DNA of 64,000 bases from Chlorokybus atmophyticus (GCA_009103225.1 RHPI01003642.1:156451-220450), one strand, 5' to 3'; positions 50,790 to 63,388 are shown, counted from the first letter of the stretch. Notes: generated from the sequence alone by a model not told the origin. Numbers and translations are program-made.

Positions 50790-52781
50790 TCACCGCGCAC
50801 GGGTGTTATGGTCGCTACTGATGAAAGGCAAGTCTCCTAGTGGCGGCAGATTCAAGTATCGGGGCAGTGACTCAACCTCAAGAGCTACATCGCTTCCCAA
50901 GTCCTCACCCGTGCTCGTCCTCTTGTTCTTGACCACGAACCCTGTGACGCGCTCGCGACGCGGGGCTCGAGGAAAGGCATAATGTATAGTGTACAGCTGA
51001 TGTTCCAATAAGAACTGGTTCCACAAGATGGTCCAGTGTTGCTGTGGCTGATTTACATAACCGGCCGCATCCAACCAGCCGTGAAAGCTCTGCCATGCTG
51101 TGGGCAGTGCAAGCATTGCCCATTCACATGCTCGTGGCGACCTGTAGATGGGCTGTGACTTGTAGTCTTCATGCCACACTGACATTTGCAGCAACAGACA
51201 TGTCAGCAGAGATACTAGTCATGCGCTTGGGATATAGGATGACTGACGACGTATTGTGCTGCACATTAGAGTGGAAGCAGCCTGTTACCTGGGTGCAGGC
51301 ATAGGGATGCAGCGCTTGGGTCAGTCTCACGTACGTAGTACTCCATCACCATGTTGCGCAAGAACTGGTACATTAGAGGGCTGCGCTGGTGGATGGCAGG
51401 CAATGTCTTAGGTGATGACTCGCAAAGTATCACAAGGTGCTTGCAAGCTTACAAAATGTGTGCGCCAAGACTCTGTTCATGGTCATGCTGACAGCAACTA
51501 CCTGTCGATGCAGCCTTCACTGCCTGTACCTGACTTCAGTGTCTTCTTCAAGAATCAAGCCCACATTCCTGAGAGAAACAGGCTCAAACGCTTCTAGCCA
51601 TGCAGTGGTCCAGCCTGCAGGCCTCGCACGCCAGATGACTCGCTGATTACCGTGGGGCCAGTTCGTGCTCGTGGCAATGTCTCTGCACCTGTGCTGCAGA
51701 AGTGTTTGCGAGCAGAAGAGGTGTATAACACTCGATATGTGTTTTGCACAACACTGTGGTTGTTGCGCATGTGCGCTGTACAAGCACTGTGTCTCCTACG
51801 CACACCTTCTGTTGTGAGCTGCATCCCCGCAACGGTCACAGAACACATCCAGGTTGACCCAATCGCCAGTGTAGTTGACGCGAGCAAGAGAGTTCAGAAG
51901 CCTTTGCAGCCCATCCAGATGACGGCACGCAAGCACCTTCGCACCAAAAACTGCAAGTAAGTGCATGCACAGTTGCTGACAGCAGTATGTACTGGGGCAA
52001 GCCGAAGGTCCTACAACAATCCAAAGTCCACAGCACCCTTCGAACGTATGGTGCAACTTGCAGTGAAACATGCCTTCTGCAAACACCCTCTGCACTAATC
52101 TGTTAACTTGACCAAGTGCTATGGTCCAGTCAGCAATTTGCTGAAAGTTTCGCGTCCTGGCAAGCGCAGTGACACACCTCAGCTATCCAAGGTAAATGGC
52201 AATCAGACTGCTGCCAGTTAGGCTTAATTGAGATTTGACAGTGGTTCAAAGCCGTTGACTATGCAAAAGTCAACCACCAAAGCCGTGTCACTGAGTGTCG
52301 CGTTCAAACGCTCCTCCATGCACTGTAGTTCTTGCAGCGCCTTGGCTGCTCGAGGACCAATGCAGAAACTTGCTTGTCCACAATGCGGAAGGAAGAACTC
52401 AATCAGCAGAGGTGCGATCGACCTCACCTTGATGTCAAGGATGAAGGATTCCTGCACATCCTGCGTGAGGTGTGGCGCTAGCACGGGCAGCTGCTGCTCA
52501 CGGAGTTGGTGGCTGCGTCGGGCAATGCCAGTGGCGGTGCTGAGGAAGTTTAACTGCCCCTCCTGGTCGTCAACCCCAGCGCCGGCGTGGCCCCCACCCA
52601 CGACGCCCCTCGAGAACGCCACGGCGGCGGACAGGACGCCGATAAGCAGCAGCAGCATCCACAACCAGCGCCGCTGCTGCAGCGCTCGCCGCCTCTTGCT
52701 CGCCCCTGGCGTCACCGGCGCCTGCGCCCCTGGCGCCTGCGCCCCTCCTCCTCTCCTAGCCGACGGCGGCGGCGACCACAT
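50790..52781 (-). CDS. Type II membrane (Golgi-type) putative glycosyltransferase, multi-exon
   Basis: N-terminal TM WLWMLLLLIGVLSAAVAF; RHLDGLQRLLNSLARVNYTGDWVNLDVFCD; WPHGNQRVIWR..PAG...WLEAF...LILEEDTEV (DxD-like). Resembles a plant glycosyl-transferring family. Confidence 0.7.
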
Positions 52782-52981
52782 GTTCGTCTCCCCCGCGCCT
52801 CCTGCTCCTCACCCAACCGCCATGAGCACCCTCTCCGCCGCCACCACCACCGCCGTCACCTTCGCCTCACCCATCCTCGTCGTCGCCGTCCACCTCATTG
52901 TCGTTGTCAACGTCGTCGTTAGCACCTCTGAGGCTGTTATCGCCGGTAGCAGTGTGCTCCACTAGGGTTTTGGAGCGCACC

Positions 52982-54883
52982 ATGGCGGGGGGCACAGGCA
53001 AAGGTGGGCATGCGGGGTTGTCGGAGGCCAAGCGGCGGCGCCTGGAGGCGCTGAGTTCCGTCTACGGCGGTGGGGGCAAGCAGCCTTCATCAGCTGGGAG
53101 AGACACTCCTCCTACAACTCCTATTCATCCTACTCCTGCTGCTCATGTCGCTATTGCTGCTGCTGTTGAGGGGGCATCTGTCTCAGGGCGGCCGCCTGCA
53201 AGCTTGACTCAAGGACGCAGTCCTTCCACAAAAGGTAGTTGTCAAGCAAGCACAGCTGTCCAGCACAACACATGCTGAGTGCCGCACCCGCATTGCTTTA
53301 TCCTCACTGACTGTCATAGTCTGTGACCAGTGTTGCATGCATGCGCGGCATGAAGCCATGCATTGCGTAATGTAACTCACAGGCACTCAGCTGCAAGACA
53401 GAGGTCAGCGTGTTGTTCCCCCATTGGTGCAAACCCGCCCAAACCAGCCGCCAAGACAGCAGACATTACAGCAACACAGACAAGCACAGGTGCCTCCGCC
53501 TTCGCACTGCACGCCGATAGCAAGGCTGCTGCCACCTGGTGCGGTTGTCGACAAGCTTCAGGTGGTCAAGTGAAATGCTGCGTTGCAATTATTCATCGCC
53601 ATTGGTTTGTCCAGTTCTCGGTGTGTGATATGAGACACGTGCTTGCGTGTATGCTGTCCATGTTGTGTGCAAACAATAGTCGCATATATGTATGAGACTG
53701 TATGTGGTTACTCAGGCGTTGAGGTCGAAGAGCGGTCCGGACGGCGAGTATGTTGATGCTTTGGTCACGGAGTTGCTGTCGACAAACCCAAAGGTAAGCG
53801 ACCCTGCCACTGACCCTGCCACTGCCACTGTGCTGCTTGCACCCACATAACTCACACCGCATCTTGTCACGCAGTGGTTGGATGCCACCTTTGTGCTTGA
53901 CTCCAAGGTGCGAGACAAAGTGGTGCTGCTTGACAATCCCACAGCGCAGGTGACTACTTTCAAATTCTTACACAATACCATATGTCACTTTGGCTAGTAT
54001 GTAAGAGGTTGTAACACGCAAAGAGGGTGCTTGCATGTACGCAGTTCTCCCTAGAAGGATCCCGTGTAAAGGAGAGGGCCCGCACCGTTGCTGCAGCGCG
54101 CAAGCGAGCAGCGAGCTCTGCGGCTATGAAGGCCATGCGCCTGCATGACATGCCTGCTGAGCTCTGCAGGTATGCTTTACTTACATAGCGCAGCTGGTGC
54201 TGTTGGTTCTTAATGCAGTAACTGTGCCCCAGGCATGAGATTTATCAACCGCTGCAAGCGATTTGGGAGGAGTATGCGCAAGACTTGCTGCAGGGCTGCA
54301 GGTGTGGACCAGTTACACATACCCAACAATCGCACAATCATGTGGCTTTTTGACAGCTGCCATAAACCTTTACCTTGTTGTCTGACTGCAGTGATGAGTC
54401 AGCTTTGCTGTCGCGCTTGATGGTTATGGACCGGCATGGTGCTGTGCTAAGACGTGAGTGTACAAAGAGCCCAGACTAGGTCACTGGTAACGCGCATCGT
54501 GATGTGGTTACGTGCACTTATACGTGTACTGTTGCCTGCCACAGTTACACATGCACGCCAGCCAACTTACGTGGGACTTGAGGGGATAGTTGTGATGGAA
54601 ACGGCGTGTACGTTCCGGTTGGTAACCAAGCACAACAAATTGCAAGGTATGATGCACTTGAGCACAACAACCTGCTCGTTGCTCACTTCAGAGGCCACGT
54701 ATGTTCTCACACATGCTCTTTATGGCAATTGCAGTGGTGCCCAAGCAGGGAGCGGTGTTTGAGATGCAGGTGGGTCTGCGCACCGTCGTCTTGTACGGGA
54801 AGCAGCTGTTGCAAGCTCCAAGAGGCGCAGCAAAGCGCTCCAGAGCCAACACCGCATCGATGTTGCCGACCATTGAGTTGTAG
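52982..54883 (+). CDS. POP4: RNase P/MRP subunit p29 (Pop4/Rpp29), multi-exon
   Basis: KVRDKVVLLDNP; IYQPLQAIWEEYAQDLL; DRHGAVL; PTYVGLEGIVVMETACTFRLVTKHNKLQ|VPKQGAVFEMQV...VVLYGKQL. Confidence 0.88.
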
Positions 54884-56144
54884 GCCGCGCATGAGGCTGC
54901 AGCCACAGGGATATTCATCAATAACGCTTGGTTGCAACAGGTGACTACTACTCACATACAACTAGCCAACACCAACTCAGCCTGTGATGCTTGTCTGCAT
55001 CTCCGCCATGACAGAATTGGAGGACCCCACACTCTCGCTCTTTGCCTGCTTGTAAGTTGCGAGAGATTGATATTGCGGCCAGCAGAAGATCCAAGAACTA
55101 CCTGTGTGGCAGTACCCGCGCAACCGTGTGACTCGGCTACTTCAGGTACGCAAGCCGACTTTCAATGTTTTGTTTTTCTCTCGAACTTATCAAACTAAGC
55201 CACCCAGACAACCTCCTCTAGCATGCAAACCTTCACCAGCTGTCTCTGAAGCCCTTGATGTGGAGCTTCAGTTCAGGCCAATGAGGAACGCAGCCAAATC
55301 AAGCCCTGCCCAATATGACTGTAGCTATCCTCAACACCCTCCGTAACGGTGGCTGTCGCAGCATCTGCTCCCCCTCCAGCATGTGTATGCTTTGGCGCAA
55401 GCAAGCCTCAATGACAGACTGCTACAAGTGAAGGGGGCATGCTGTCATCGCCTCCTGCAGCCCCCAGGCTGCCCAGTGGCGCTCTGCCCGATCTGCGTTT
55501 TGAAGCACTGCGTGCAGTACCCCAGCTGCCTACAGTAGCACGTGCCTACAGTAGCACCCGGCAATGACATATGCGCAAGCGCAATGTAACGATGTGAAGC
55601 CGCTATTTGTAGCAAGAAACGCATTGCTTCATCACAACGCATTCATGTCCATTGAGGGTAAAACTGCGCCTGTATGCTGGCATGACTGACAGGGTTGGAC
55701 CGCTTTGGCAGTTGTTGCTACTCTGATACACGATGATGCTGTATAGTGGTATTGATCTTGAGTTGGCATGGAGAGTGGTGGTGTGTATGTGATGTACGCA
55801 TAGCCCACAAAGTGACGCGCTTCCGTGTAGCACACTTCATACATAACAGTGAAGTTGTAAAGCCACGACTCTGGTTTGTGATACGATTATGGAAGTCTGA
55901 GGTCATGTGCAAGACTGCGAGCAGGCATGAACTCATGCCACTGCCGTGGGTCACTTGGCTGCTGCTAGCAGTGCAAGCGCCAGCACTGCAGGACAGTCAT
56001 GTTGGCAGTGACAAGTTCAGCAGATCCAAATGCAAGGGCACAACACGAACACTAGAGATGGTGTCTGAGTATTGAATGAAGTCAACGGAGAACATGTTGA
56101 CCAAGAAAGAAAGAAACACCAAGAGAGGGACTCTTGTGCACTGG

Positions 56145-59100
56145 CTACCTCCCGTTGCCGTTTGCTGCATGTTTGACATGCCCATTGACAAGCCCGTTGG
56201 CTTTGCTTTTCTTGACCACTTCTGTGAGAACTTCAACTGCCCCGTTGGCAGCTGGTTTCCCAAGCGCTTCTTCAAGCCCGGAGCTAAACAGCGCTGCATG
56301 GTGTCGAGCTTCAATGGTTGCCTTGCGATGATGCTCTTGGACCTTATGCTTGATGACGTCTTCAAACAACTGCGCTGTCAAGTTTGGATGCTCTTGAGAA
56401 AACACTGCGGCTTGCAGAGCAGCCATCAACTTGGCCAGCTCTCTCCCTGAGAAGCCTTCAGTCTGCTTGGCTGCTTGATCAACCAGAGCTGAGTTCATGC
56501 TGTCTGCACCTATGGCTGTTGGTTTTCGCTTTGTCAGCAGGCCACCAGCTTTGATGGACAGATACTGAGTGTAATACAGCTCTAGCAGTTGCCGTCGCTG
56601 CGGAAGCGCCGGAAGGTCAAACTCCAACCACTCGTCTACTCGATCCGCCACCGCTGCGTCCAAGTCGCCCGGGCGATTGGATGCAAGCACGAGCAGAAAG
56701 GAGCTCGTCTGGCAACCAGTTCTGTACAACACTGCATTCAGTGCTGAACGCAGCTGCTCGCCCATGGCTGCTCCCACCTGTATATCACATGGATGAGACC
56801 ACAGACAATAGCCAACGCACATTTGAATTTTGCAAACAAACACAGTACCACACCTCGCTTGCATCACGTCGCCTCAGAAACGCATCTGCTTCATCGATGA
56901 ATAACAATAAGCCTCGTCGGCTGCAAAGTAGTTTAAGGTCAGTCATGACATGAGTACTGAGCTCCAGCAGTGCAGACGCTAATGTGCACACATGGTGTAG
57001 ACGAGACTTCAAGGTCGCTGACCTTCTAGCAGCCCAGTCAAAGAGTTTATGTAGTTCTGTGACCGCATGTCGTCCCAAGGGGCCGACATCACCGCCACTC
57101 ATGATGGCATAGTCCATTCCACACGAGCGAGCAAGCCTCTCTGCTGCCATTGTTTTCCCTGGATACACAGAAAACAATCTCAGTTCCCTGAAGCAGTTCT
57201 TGGACACGAGTCCTTTCAGCTAGTAAGCAGCCATTGAGCAGATGCAGTGTCAAGCTGTTTTGTGTCAAATGGCATACCAGTTCCTGGTGGGCCATAGAAC
57301 AGCATGTGTCGGAACGGCATGTGATGGTGTCGCTGATTGGCGATTGATGATGCAGCTTGCTGCAAGCGCTTGTACAGGTTGTCCGCAAGTACAATGTCGT
57401 CAAACATTTTGCTTGAATCCTGGCGCACGCGCCACATAGAAAAGATACCAGCTGACGTTTCACGCACAAGCCGTGGCTTGCCAATCAGGCTCTGCAACGA
57501 CCACAGCAATTTTAAGTGTGATCCGAACCAGGTGTCAACAATGAGATCGGATCAGCCTTGCAATCCGCATGAGCTGAGTCCCTGCAGCAAGCCTCATGCT
57601 CACCTGCAGCAGCTTGGTTGCGAATTGCGCCATAGCTTTGGACATGAAGTACGCCAATACGCACGCAGACACTGCCCCGGCCAGCAGCATCAGTCGCCGC
57701 GGATCAAGCAGCAACCCATGGATGCCTTGACCCATGCGGCTGAGTGCAGCTTCAACCATCTGCTGACGAGCATGCCCCTGCGCAGCAATCTGACGCAGAG
57801 TGACATCTTCGTTCTCGCGGGCCTCCCTGCAGTGCAAGCAACAATCTCAGCTTCCAGCTCACAAGCGTTGGTACTGCTAACAGCTGATGATGCTTGATGA
57901 AGTTGCTTGTGTATTGTTCTCACCTGATGCGCCCGTCTGCTTCAGTCAGCGCGCGTTCTCGTGCCGTAGCCTTGTCCAGCTCGGCTCGTTCTTTATCGGC
58001 ATCCAGCTGCAGCCGCAGCAAGCGTGCTTCAGTCTCATGCCTGCGCCCCTCTTGGCGTAATGTTACTGCCTCCTGTAGCTTCACCAACTCCACCTGCCAG
58101 AGTACCGGTAACTGTGTTAGCAGGACTCCTTCATAACGGTCGCTCCCTCTGCAACAGATAAGTCTCCGACCACAACATCTGGCACGAAATACAACGTAGA
58201 CCAAGGCAAGGTCATGCTCTTGAGCACTACCTGCTGAGCCACGGCCAGGTCTGCTTCTGCTCGGGCTCGCTCCAGGCTGAGCTGGTACTCGTACTGCGCC
58301 AGCTGCCATTGACAACCCAGCTCTGCGGCGCAGGATCCACCATGGTGCACAACCGACAAGCTGTTGGACTTGACATTCTGGTTGCCAGTGATATCAGTAA
58401 CAGACCCAGCAGGAACAACTACTGTGACTGCTCCTACACCAGATGGCTGGATTGTGGCTGCATAGTGGGTGTCATTCGACTTGCCAAAGGTGGAGATGCT
58501 CCCACCAGCGCTACCAAGCAACACCTGTGCAGTGCACTGGTTGTTTGATTCGGTACAATGTACACAGTGCATGCATTGAGTAGTTGCAGCAAGGGCAGGT
58601 ACCTTGGACGCCGTGAAGTCGTCTACCGCTTCACTCCACGAAAAGGTTACATTGAAAGGGCCGTCCTGCTCCGCATCAGGGCCGTTGACCACGCATTCTG
58701 GAGGAACCTCATCGCGATAGATTCCCACAGCCACAGGCGACTCGAAACCCCGGATGGTGTTGATATGCTCTCTTTGCTTGTTGAAGACGACTATGCTACC
58801 AGCCTTATCAGCCACATAGATATTGCCCCTGGTATCCACCTCAACACCCGTTGGCTCCACGAGCAATCCCGCTCCGAACTCCCCTACTGCGTGTCCTGTC
58901 TCATTGAACTCGCGCACTACCTTGCCAGAAGCATCCACAGCAAACAGCCTGCCCTCAGCACTCACTTCAACTGCAACAGGGCGGAAGTCTGCGTGGCTTA
59001 CAAAAGACTGCTTGTAATTCATATTTGCATCAAATTGTAGCACTCGCGCATTGGGGCTGTCAGCGATGTACACCTGGTTCTTGCCATCCACCTCAATGCC

Positions 59101-61846
59101 CATGGGAGCTCGCAGCTCGTACGAACCATTGCCACCACTGCCGGAGCCAATCGTAGCGACCTTGCGGAAACCAGCATCATAGACAACCACCTGGTTGGCA
59201 CCAGCATCGCATATGTACATGCGCCCGGTGCTGTCTACATCCATGCCGGTGACTTGGATGAACCCGGCAACTGTGTTCACGAGCGTGTGGCTGCCATCAT
59301 AGACGCGAACCTGGCCTCTCGCATTGTCAGCGACGAATACCCTTCCCACAGAGTCCGATTCCACAGTCGACGGCTGTTGGCAGTCGCGAATGTTGCCCAC
59401 AACCTTGCCATTGCTATTCACCACTGCAACACCCCCTCTTTCTGCCACATACAGGTTCCCACTCGCAACCCGGACGGTCAGCTTGTGCGACTGCTGAGTG
59501 TTGACGTTGCCAGCGACATCAGAGGCACTGCCGGGTGCAACCAAGACAATGCTGTTGCCAACGCCATGAGGTGTGACTGTGGCAATGAACTCCAAACCTC
59601 CCGGCAACTGCGTAAAGTTCGAAATGGCGGCTGGCACGCCCTCGAGCATAACGCCCGTTGCTGAAAATCCATGCACTGGCTCATCCCACACAAGGTGTAT
59701 CTCCCAAGGCGCGTCTTGTACTGTAGTAGGCCCACTTATGGTGCACACTGGTGGCTCATTGTCGTAAGTAACCATCACTTCATTGGACGCGGCTGTGTTG
59801 GTGCTGCCAGCAGTGTCTTTCAGCTTCCCAGCAGGCACATGCACAAATAGAACTCCTGGTGCGTTGGGTGCAATAGTGAATGTAAACTGCGAAGAAGATT
59901 GAGACTGCCACTGCGTCACCACGCCACCAACCCCACCCAGCACGAGGCAGTCTGCGGTGCAACCAATGACCGGCTCACTGCAGCTGGCAATTATGCGCGC
60001 TGAAGCACTTACAACATCTCCACTCAGTAGGCTAAGGTGGCAAGTTGGAGGCAAGTCTACTTCCCACTCCCATGCTTCCGAGTCTGCAACGCAGAGAGCA
60101 GCAAGTGAGTAGCCAAGAGAGCAAGTGGCTCAGTGTGCATCACCAAAGCCACACACTTACCCGCACTGTTGCCGGCTGCATCAGTAGCCCTCACACGCAT
60201 GCTGTGCGGACCTTCTGCAAGGCAATGATTAATGGAATGAGTGTCTGCAGCGCGCGTCAGCGCAAGCAACGCAAAGCCTGATGAGCGTACCTGCCAGCCC
60301 AACGTAGACCATAGGGGACGCACACGGCATGAAGTCTCCACCGTCAAGTTGACAGCTCATTGAGGCGACTCCGGAGGCTGCATCTTCACCAGCAAACACA
60401 AACCTTGCTACATCGGCATCTGATCGTGTCCAGGTGTCTTTGTCAAGACGTGTCACCGGGGCTGTTCTATCAACCAACCATGTCACGGTGGTGGGTTCCT
60501 CTGCTACGTTCCCAGCCCTGTCAACAGCTTTCAGCAGGAAGCTGTAATGCCCTTCACCAAGTCCTGGATATACAGCAGGTCAAGTTATGAGAGATGAACA
60601 TGAACAGACTCCACAGCACATGTCGGCGTCTGAGCCTCTAGCTGACCAGTTGCACTCACCCGTGAAGAGGGCGGGACTGGTGCACGAGTGATAAGCTTGA
60701 GCGTGCCAACTCAGCTCCGACTCAAGTGCACACTGGAAGGATGCAATGCCAGTTTCTTCATCTTCCCCAGAGAACACTACTCTAGCTACTGATGCATTCG
60801 TTGCTGTTGGAGGATGGCTGTGAATAACGGCCAACGGCGGCGTCTTATCTAATAAGTAAAAGTACTCCAATGAGGGCCTGAGTGCTTCTATAGGATGGTC
60901 AGAGGTGGCAAGATACGCCCGCGACCAGCACTGCAAGACAAATGCATTTTGTGAATTGACCCAGCTGCTGCGCACAACAAGCAATGGGTACACTGTGAGG
61001 AAGCCACTCAAACAAACAAGCTTGAAACAAACCTGTCTGTCGTTACCCAGCAGCAGGAAACCTTGATTGGTCGCTGGCTCTTGTAGCCAACTCTTCAACG
61101 CTTGCGAAATATCTACACTATGCTGTGCCCATGACCCTCGCGCCTGCATTGCAGCTGGTAAGCACCACAGCACCATGGTATGCATTGCAACGACTGGTTT
61201 ATAATCAACATGCCTGCGGGGTCAGGTCTAGCCTGCCAATGGGAACGCTGGCATATCGCGGCTTGGTGCTGTGCGCCAAATCCCGCTCGTACCATGCGTC
61301 CAGCACCGGATACACCGAGATGCTTGTTTGAGCAGCTTCATACCTGTACACAGTCGCTCAGCTGGTGCATGCACGGCGGGTGCATGCAGATGTACGCCAA
61401 CACAGTGCAAATGAACAAGTTTGCTGTGCATTACTGAGCAGCGCCTACTTTGACAAGTCTTTCGCTGCTGTACACCGCATGCAGCAGACGTGCACGTAGC
61501 ATACGCTTGCATGTGAGCTCACTCACCGGCGAACGTGCAGCTGAAGCAGAGCGCTTGACAGCTGGACGCCCTGCAGTTCCGCAACACTAAACCGGACGAA
61601 AGCAAAGTACTCGCCTCCAGGCTTCCCATCTTCCGGACACCTTCTGCCGACATACATCAATGGATCGCTCCCGTTGACGTTGTCGGTGAAAGAGGCGTCA
61701 GTGAAGCTGTCCTGCCCTTGGCCAGGCCCAGGCTTAAGCGTTCCCTGCTGCTCAACCCAAGCAGCATGGACACCAGTGATAGCTACACTGACCAAGCAGC
61801 ACAGCAATGCCACCGAATAGACTAACTGCTGGCTGGTGGCCATCAT
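56145..61846 (-). CDS. Fusion gene: signal peptide + DNRLRE-like domain + bacterial Ig-like repeats + NHL propeller + Ig-like + ATAD3-like coiled coil/TM/AAA+ ATPase
   Basis: All exons join in frame by GT(GC)-AG introns. AAA part: [22 protein letters not shown]|KT (Walker A), [26 protein letters not shown] (Walker B), [39 protein letters not shown]. The ATAD3-type coiled coil [15 protein letters not shown] begins inside the same exon as the last Ig-like domain. Confidence 0.85.
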
Positions 61847-62073
61847 GAGCAATAAAGCTAACTTCACACAACCGAGCGTCCAGTTATGATCAGGAAATTA
61901 GATGCAACTCCGCTAATTCTGCTGTAGTTTCGGTTGTGGTTTGCGAGCGGACAGCTTGTCCTGATGTTTCCTCCTCCACCGCCTGGTTAGCGGCGCTAAG
62001 CTCAGCCACTTGTGCACCCACATGTTGATCGCCAGTGCCGCGTACATTGCAACTTACACGGTAGCAGTAACAC

Positions 62074-62096
62074 CAAGCAAGCAAGCAAGCAAGCAA
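62074..62096. repeat. (CAAG)n/(GCAA)n tetranucleotide microsatellite
   Basis: CAAGCAAGCAAGCAAGCAAGCAA. Confidence 0.85.
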
Positions 62097-63034
62097 CGCA
62101 GCGCAATGTCACCAATGTCATACAGCTGTTCATAACAGCGTGCAAATGCGATAATCAGCTGCGCTTCGCCAAGCACACCGCTGCGCTGCACAGTGCAACA
62201 CAGTCCCCAAAACGCACGCCAAGCACAACGCCGACACAAGGCGGTTACGAGCGACCAACTGTCGGTGCAGTGGCTTTGAATCGGACGACCAGCTGCGTTT
62301 GACCGCGTCGCCAAAGCGATGCCTGTCGTGAGATGCTACAGAACCGTCATAACGGTCGACGGTGGTGGCACTGTCGGCGCATGAGCACCGTGCATGTGAG
62401 CAGCTGCATTGCTGGGCTGGGTTGGGCGGTGGCGGTGGCGGTGGCGGGAGCGGCGGAGGCGGAGGCGGAGGAGGAGGTTAGCTGTCAGCGTTGGTGGAGT
62501 TGGATTCGGTGGAGCTGCTTTTGAAGGATGCTACTTGCGTAAGCAAGCTGCTGGTGGCACGGCCAGGACGGTGCTTGCGGCAGGCCCAGGAAGCCGAGCA
62601 GGCTGTTGTGTTTGCGTGCATGTTGTTGGGAGCGGCGGTGCTAGCTGCAGGCGCGTTCTCTTCCGTCATTGGGTGCATGCTGGCCCAGCCTGGCGTTCAA
62701 GCGAGTGGTTGCAGCGTTGTAGGTGTATAGTCGTGTGCGTCCACAATGTCATCGGCGGCAGTTACGCCCGGAGCGCCGTCCGCGATGGGTCCGGAAGGAC
62801 AGGACTGCGCTGCGCGTTGAAAGCCACTGTGTGTCCCTCAGCCTATCGTTCTTAAAACCGACCATCGCGGTAAGTCCCTTCCCTGTAGCTTCTCTAAGCC
62901 TGGGGATTGCAACTGCTTTCATGCCGTGCTTGTGAAGCCCTGACTACTGCATTACACTGCATCCCAGCCAGTGTACTCACGGCTGCGCGACATGCAATTG
63001 ATCTATCTCACAATGGTGCTCACAGTTGCGGCTG

Positions 63035-63388
63035 TTACACATAGTGCAACTGATGTTGGATGAGCCGTTGAAGGAGGAGCTGGACATGCGTGTGCTCATA
63101 GCGCTGAGTTGTTACATCAACATGCGGGTTGAACGATATGAATGGCTGTCCTTCAGTGGTGTTGGGGTCAGTGTGGCCATTCCGTGAGCTGCTTGCATGC
63201 TGTATGATCTGATCGATTAATGTGTTGATGCCTGATGTGCAATCATCATCAACAGATGCAGGCGCAACCTGTTCCTGACCATCTACGACGACAAGTAGAG
63301 ACAAGCTGCCGCTTATTATCATTTGAAAAAACAGACCGGGTATGATGCTACACATGTCATCAACCGCACTGAAGCGGTTATATAGCAA
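63035..63388 (-). CDS. Possible exon of an unidentified gene
   Basis: Open frame with protein-like composition (SLLVVVDGQEQVAPASVDDDC...GQPFISFNPHVDV). No recognised motif. Confidence 0.25.
   Translation of the reverse strand: MLYNRFSAVDDMCSIIPGLFFQMIISGSLSLLVVVDGQEQVAPASVDDDCTSGINTLIDQIIQHASSSRNGHTDPNTTEGQPFISFNPHVDVTTQRYEHTHVQLLLQRLIQHQLHYV

Noticed and set aside
52228-52965. 245-aa plus-strand ORF
   Set aside because: Antisense shadow of the glycosyltransferase first exons.
58117-60054. Treating the 645-aa Ig/NHL ORF as bacterial contamination or as a gene separate from ATAD3
   Set aside because: It is joined by spliceosomal introns to upstream exons, contains an internal intron, and already encodes the start of the ATAD3 coiled coil before a phase-0 GT donor.
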